Source: Octopus sinensis
Lineage: Eukaryota
Direction: 5' to 3'
DNA: 64,000 bases
Assembly (NCBI RefSeq): GCF_006345805.1
Contig: NC_043010.1
Coordinates: 27,156,001-27,220,000 of the forward strand
Every line of letters starts with the position of its first letter. Within the stretch, counting starts at the first letter, position 1. Below the pieces are notes generated by a model, which had not been told where the DNA came from, did not search any database, and saw only the letters and a list, made by a program, of their open reading frames with translations. The translations under genes and the position numbers were made by a program. This document shows positions 62,915 through 64,000 of the stretch, one piece after another.

Positions 62915-64000
62915 ATGTGAAAATAGGACATATTGCTTACAGTGAAAAGTTTTGTCTTAAATTCACAGAATTTTTCTGAAAAGAACAACAGCTGTGTTCC
63001 TCCAGGAAATTTAGTGTTGTTTTATTATAAAGAAAGACCCAAGCCCATCGGCAGAAAATGCCAAGCAGAAGACAATATCTTTGGATAAAGCAGACTCAGT
63101 ATCTGGAAAAACAAATGGAAGAATGGGTAGAAAATAAGAGAAAAAAAATGGATATATTTTTAGCAACATTGCATGTAAAATTCCAAGTAAAGGAAATGTC
63201 AAAAGACCAGAAATATACAAGTAGACAATCTTTTTCAAATTTTGAAATGGGTGGCGCCAGAGATTTTTCAGAAGGCATTCTTTAGCTGTATGTCAGAAAA
63301 TAAAAAGTTTCACAGAAATTCTTCATTGATTTGGTGATAAGTTTATAAAGTTTCGTAGTTTTATAATAAAAAGTTGTGTAATTTTGAACTGAGTCAAACT
63401 GGGAACATGGATGAAATGTAACAACCATGTTTTCTTTTTTGACATGTCAGTAAATAAAACTCTGGATATAATATGTAGAACTATGTTAGAACAAGACATG
63501 GGGAAGAAAAAAACACACTTTACTGCAGTTTTGTGTTGTCCTATTGTTATTTTTAAAAGAAAGACTATTTCAAAGAAAGCAAACAATTTCTCTACGCAAT
63601 TATTGTTCACTGCAACCTGAATGGGAAGGCAGACATAGGCTTATGACTGAGAGAATTATGGGATCAATGATCTGGCTTTAAGGAAGCCTGCAATATTGCT
63701 GTGGGCTCAGTTTAGGGTTTACCTTACGAAGAAAATGAAATACTTATTGAAAAATAAAAACTCATCAAGCTGCAATTCTATGTAGTTTGGCAAATATCCT
63801 TCAGTCCATCGATCGTGTTTTGAAGAGACCTCTTACAGATGAAGTTATGAAGTAGAAGATATCATGCCTGCTGTCATCTGATAACGACGAAGTGGAAGAG
63901 ACAGCAATAAATAATTTTAAAAAGCTTGGCTTCATTACAGTTTCCACTTGGGTTAAAGTGACTTGGAAAGCTTTACTTATTACATATAGTTTCCAAGAAC
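62915..64000 (+). pseudogene. Decayed pogo-family transposase (Brinker-type DBD, CENP-B HTH, DDE_1), running off the window end
   Basis: AYSEKFCLKFTEFSEKNN; LEKQMEEWVENKR; FELSQTGNMDE; FDMSVNKTLD...KTHFTAVL; AILLWAQFR..LT..MK; LQSIDRVLKRP, which resembles LQPLDVSINKPFK. Confidence 0.8.

Overview
AT-rich, microsatellite-saturated eukaryotic DNA. The SINE families and repeat density look like an octopus (coleoid cephalopod) genome; this is recognition, not a database hit. No host protein-coding exon could be supported, and almost all ORF-track entries are microsatellite translations, so the window is probably intergenic or intronic. It is a mosaic of mobile elements: two 5'-truncated CR1-group LINEs plus 3' fragments of another CR1-like LINE, an RTE LINE and an R4/Dong LINE; Tc1/mariner (DD37D maT-type, mariner) and pogo transposase relics; TA-flanked MITEs; Helentron-like (HINE/DINE-type) elements; a solo LTR; four tRNA-derived SINE families; and three or four Penelope-like (PLE) GIY-YIG relics. 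The main hidden signal is RNA structure. More than a dozen type I hammerhead ribozyme (HHR) motifs from several families can be folded by hand, most in PLE-type inverted or tandem arrangements. They include a tRNA-headed, Pol III-type element with a hammerhead-bearing tail (54.1-54.5 kb), a 549-bp retrozyme-like direct-repeat unit with a canonical GUC hammerhead (29.5-30.1 kb), a mini-PLE bracketed by inverted HHR repeats (44.6-45.3 kb), and recurrent non-canonical cores (CUGUUGA, CCGACGA). All folds and alignments were made by eye, SINE boundaries are approximate, and frameshifts in homopolymers could be assembly errors.
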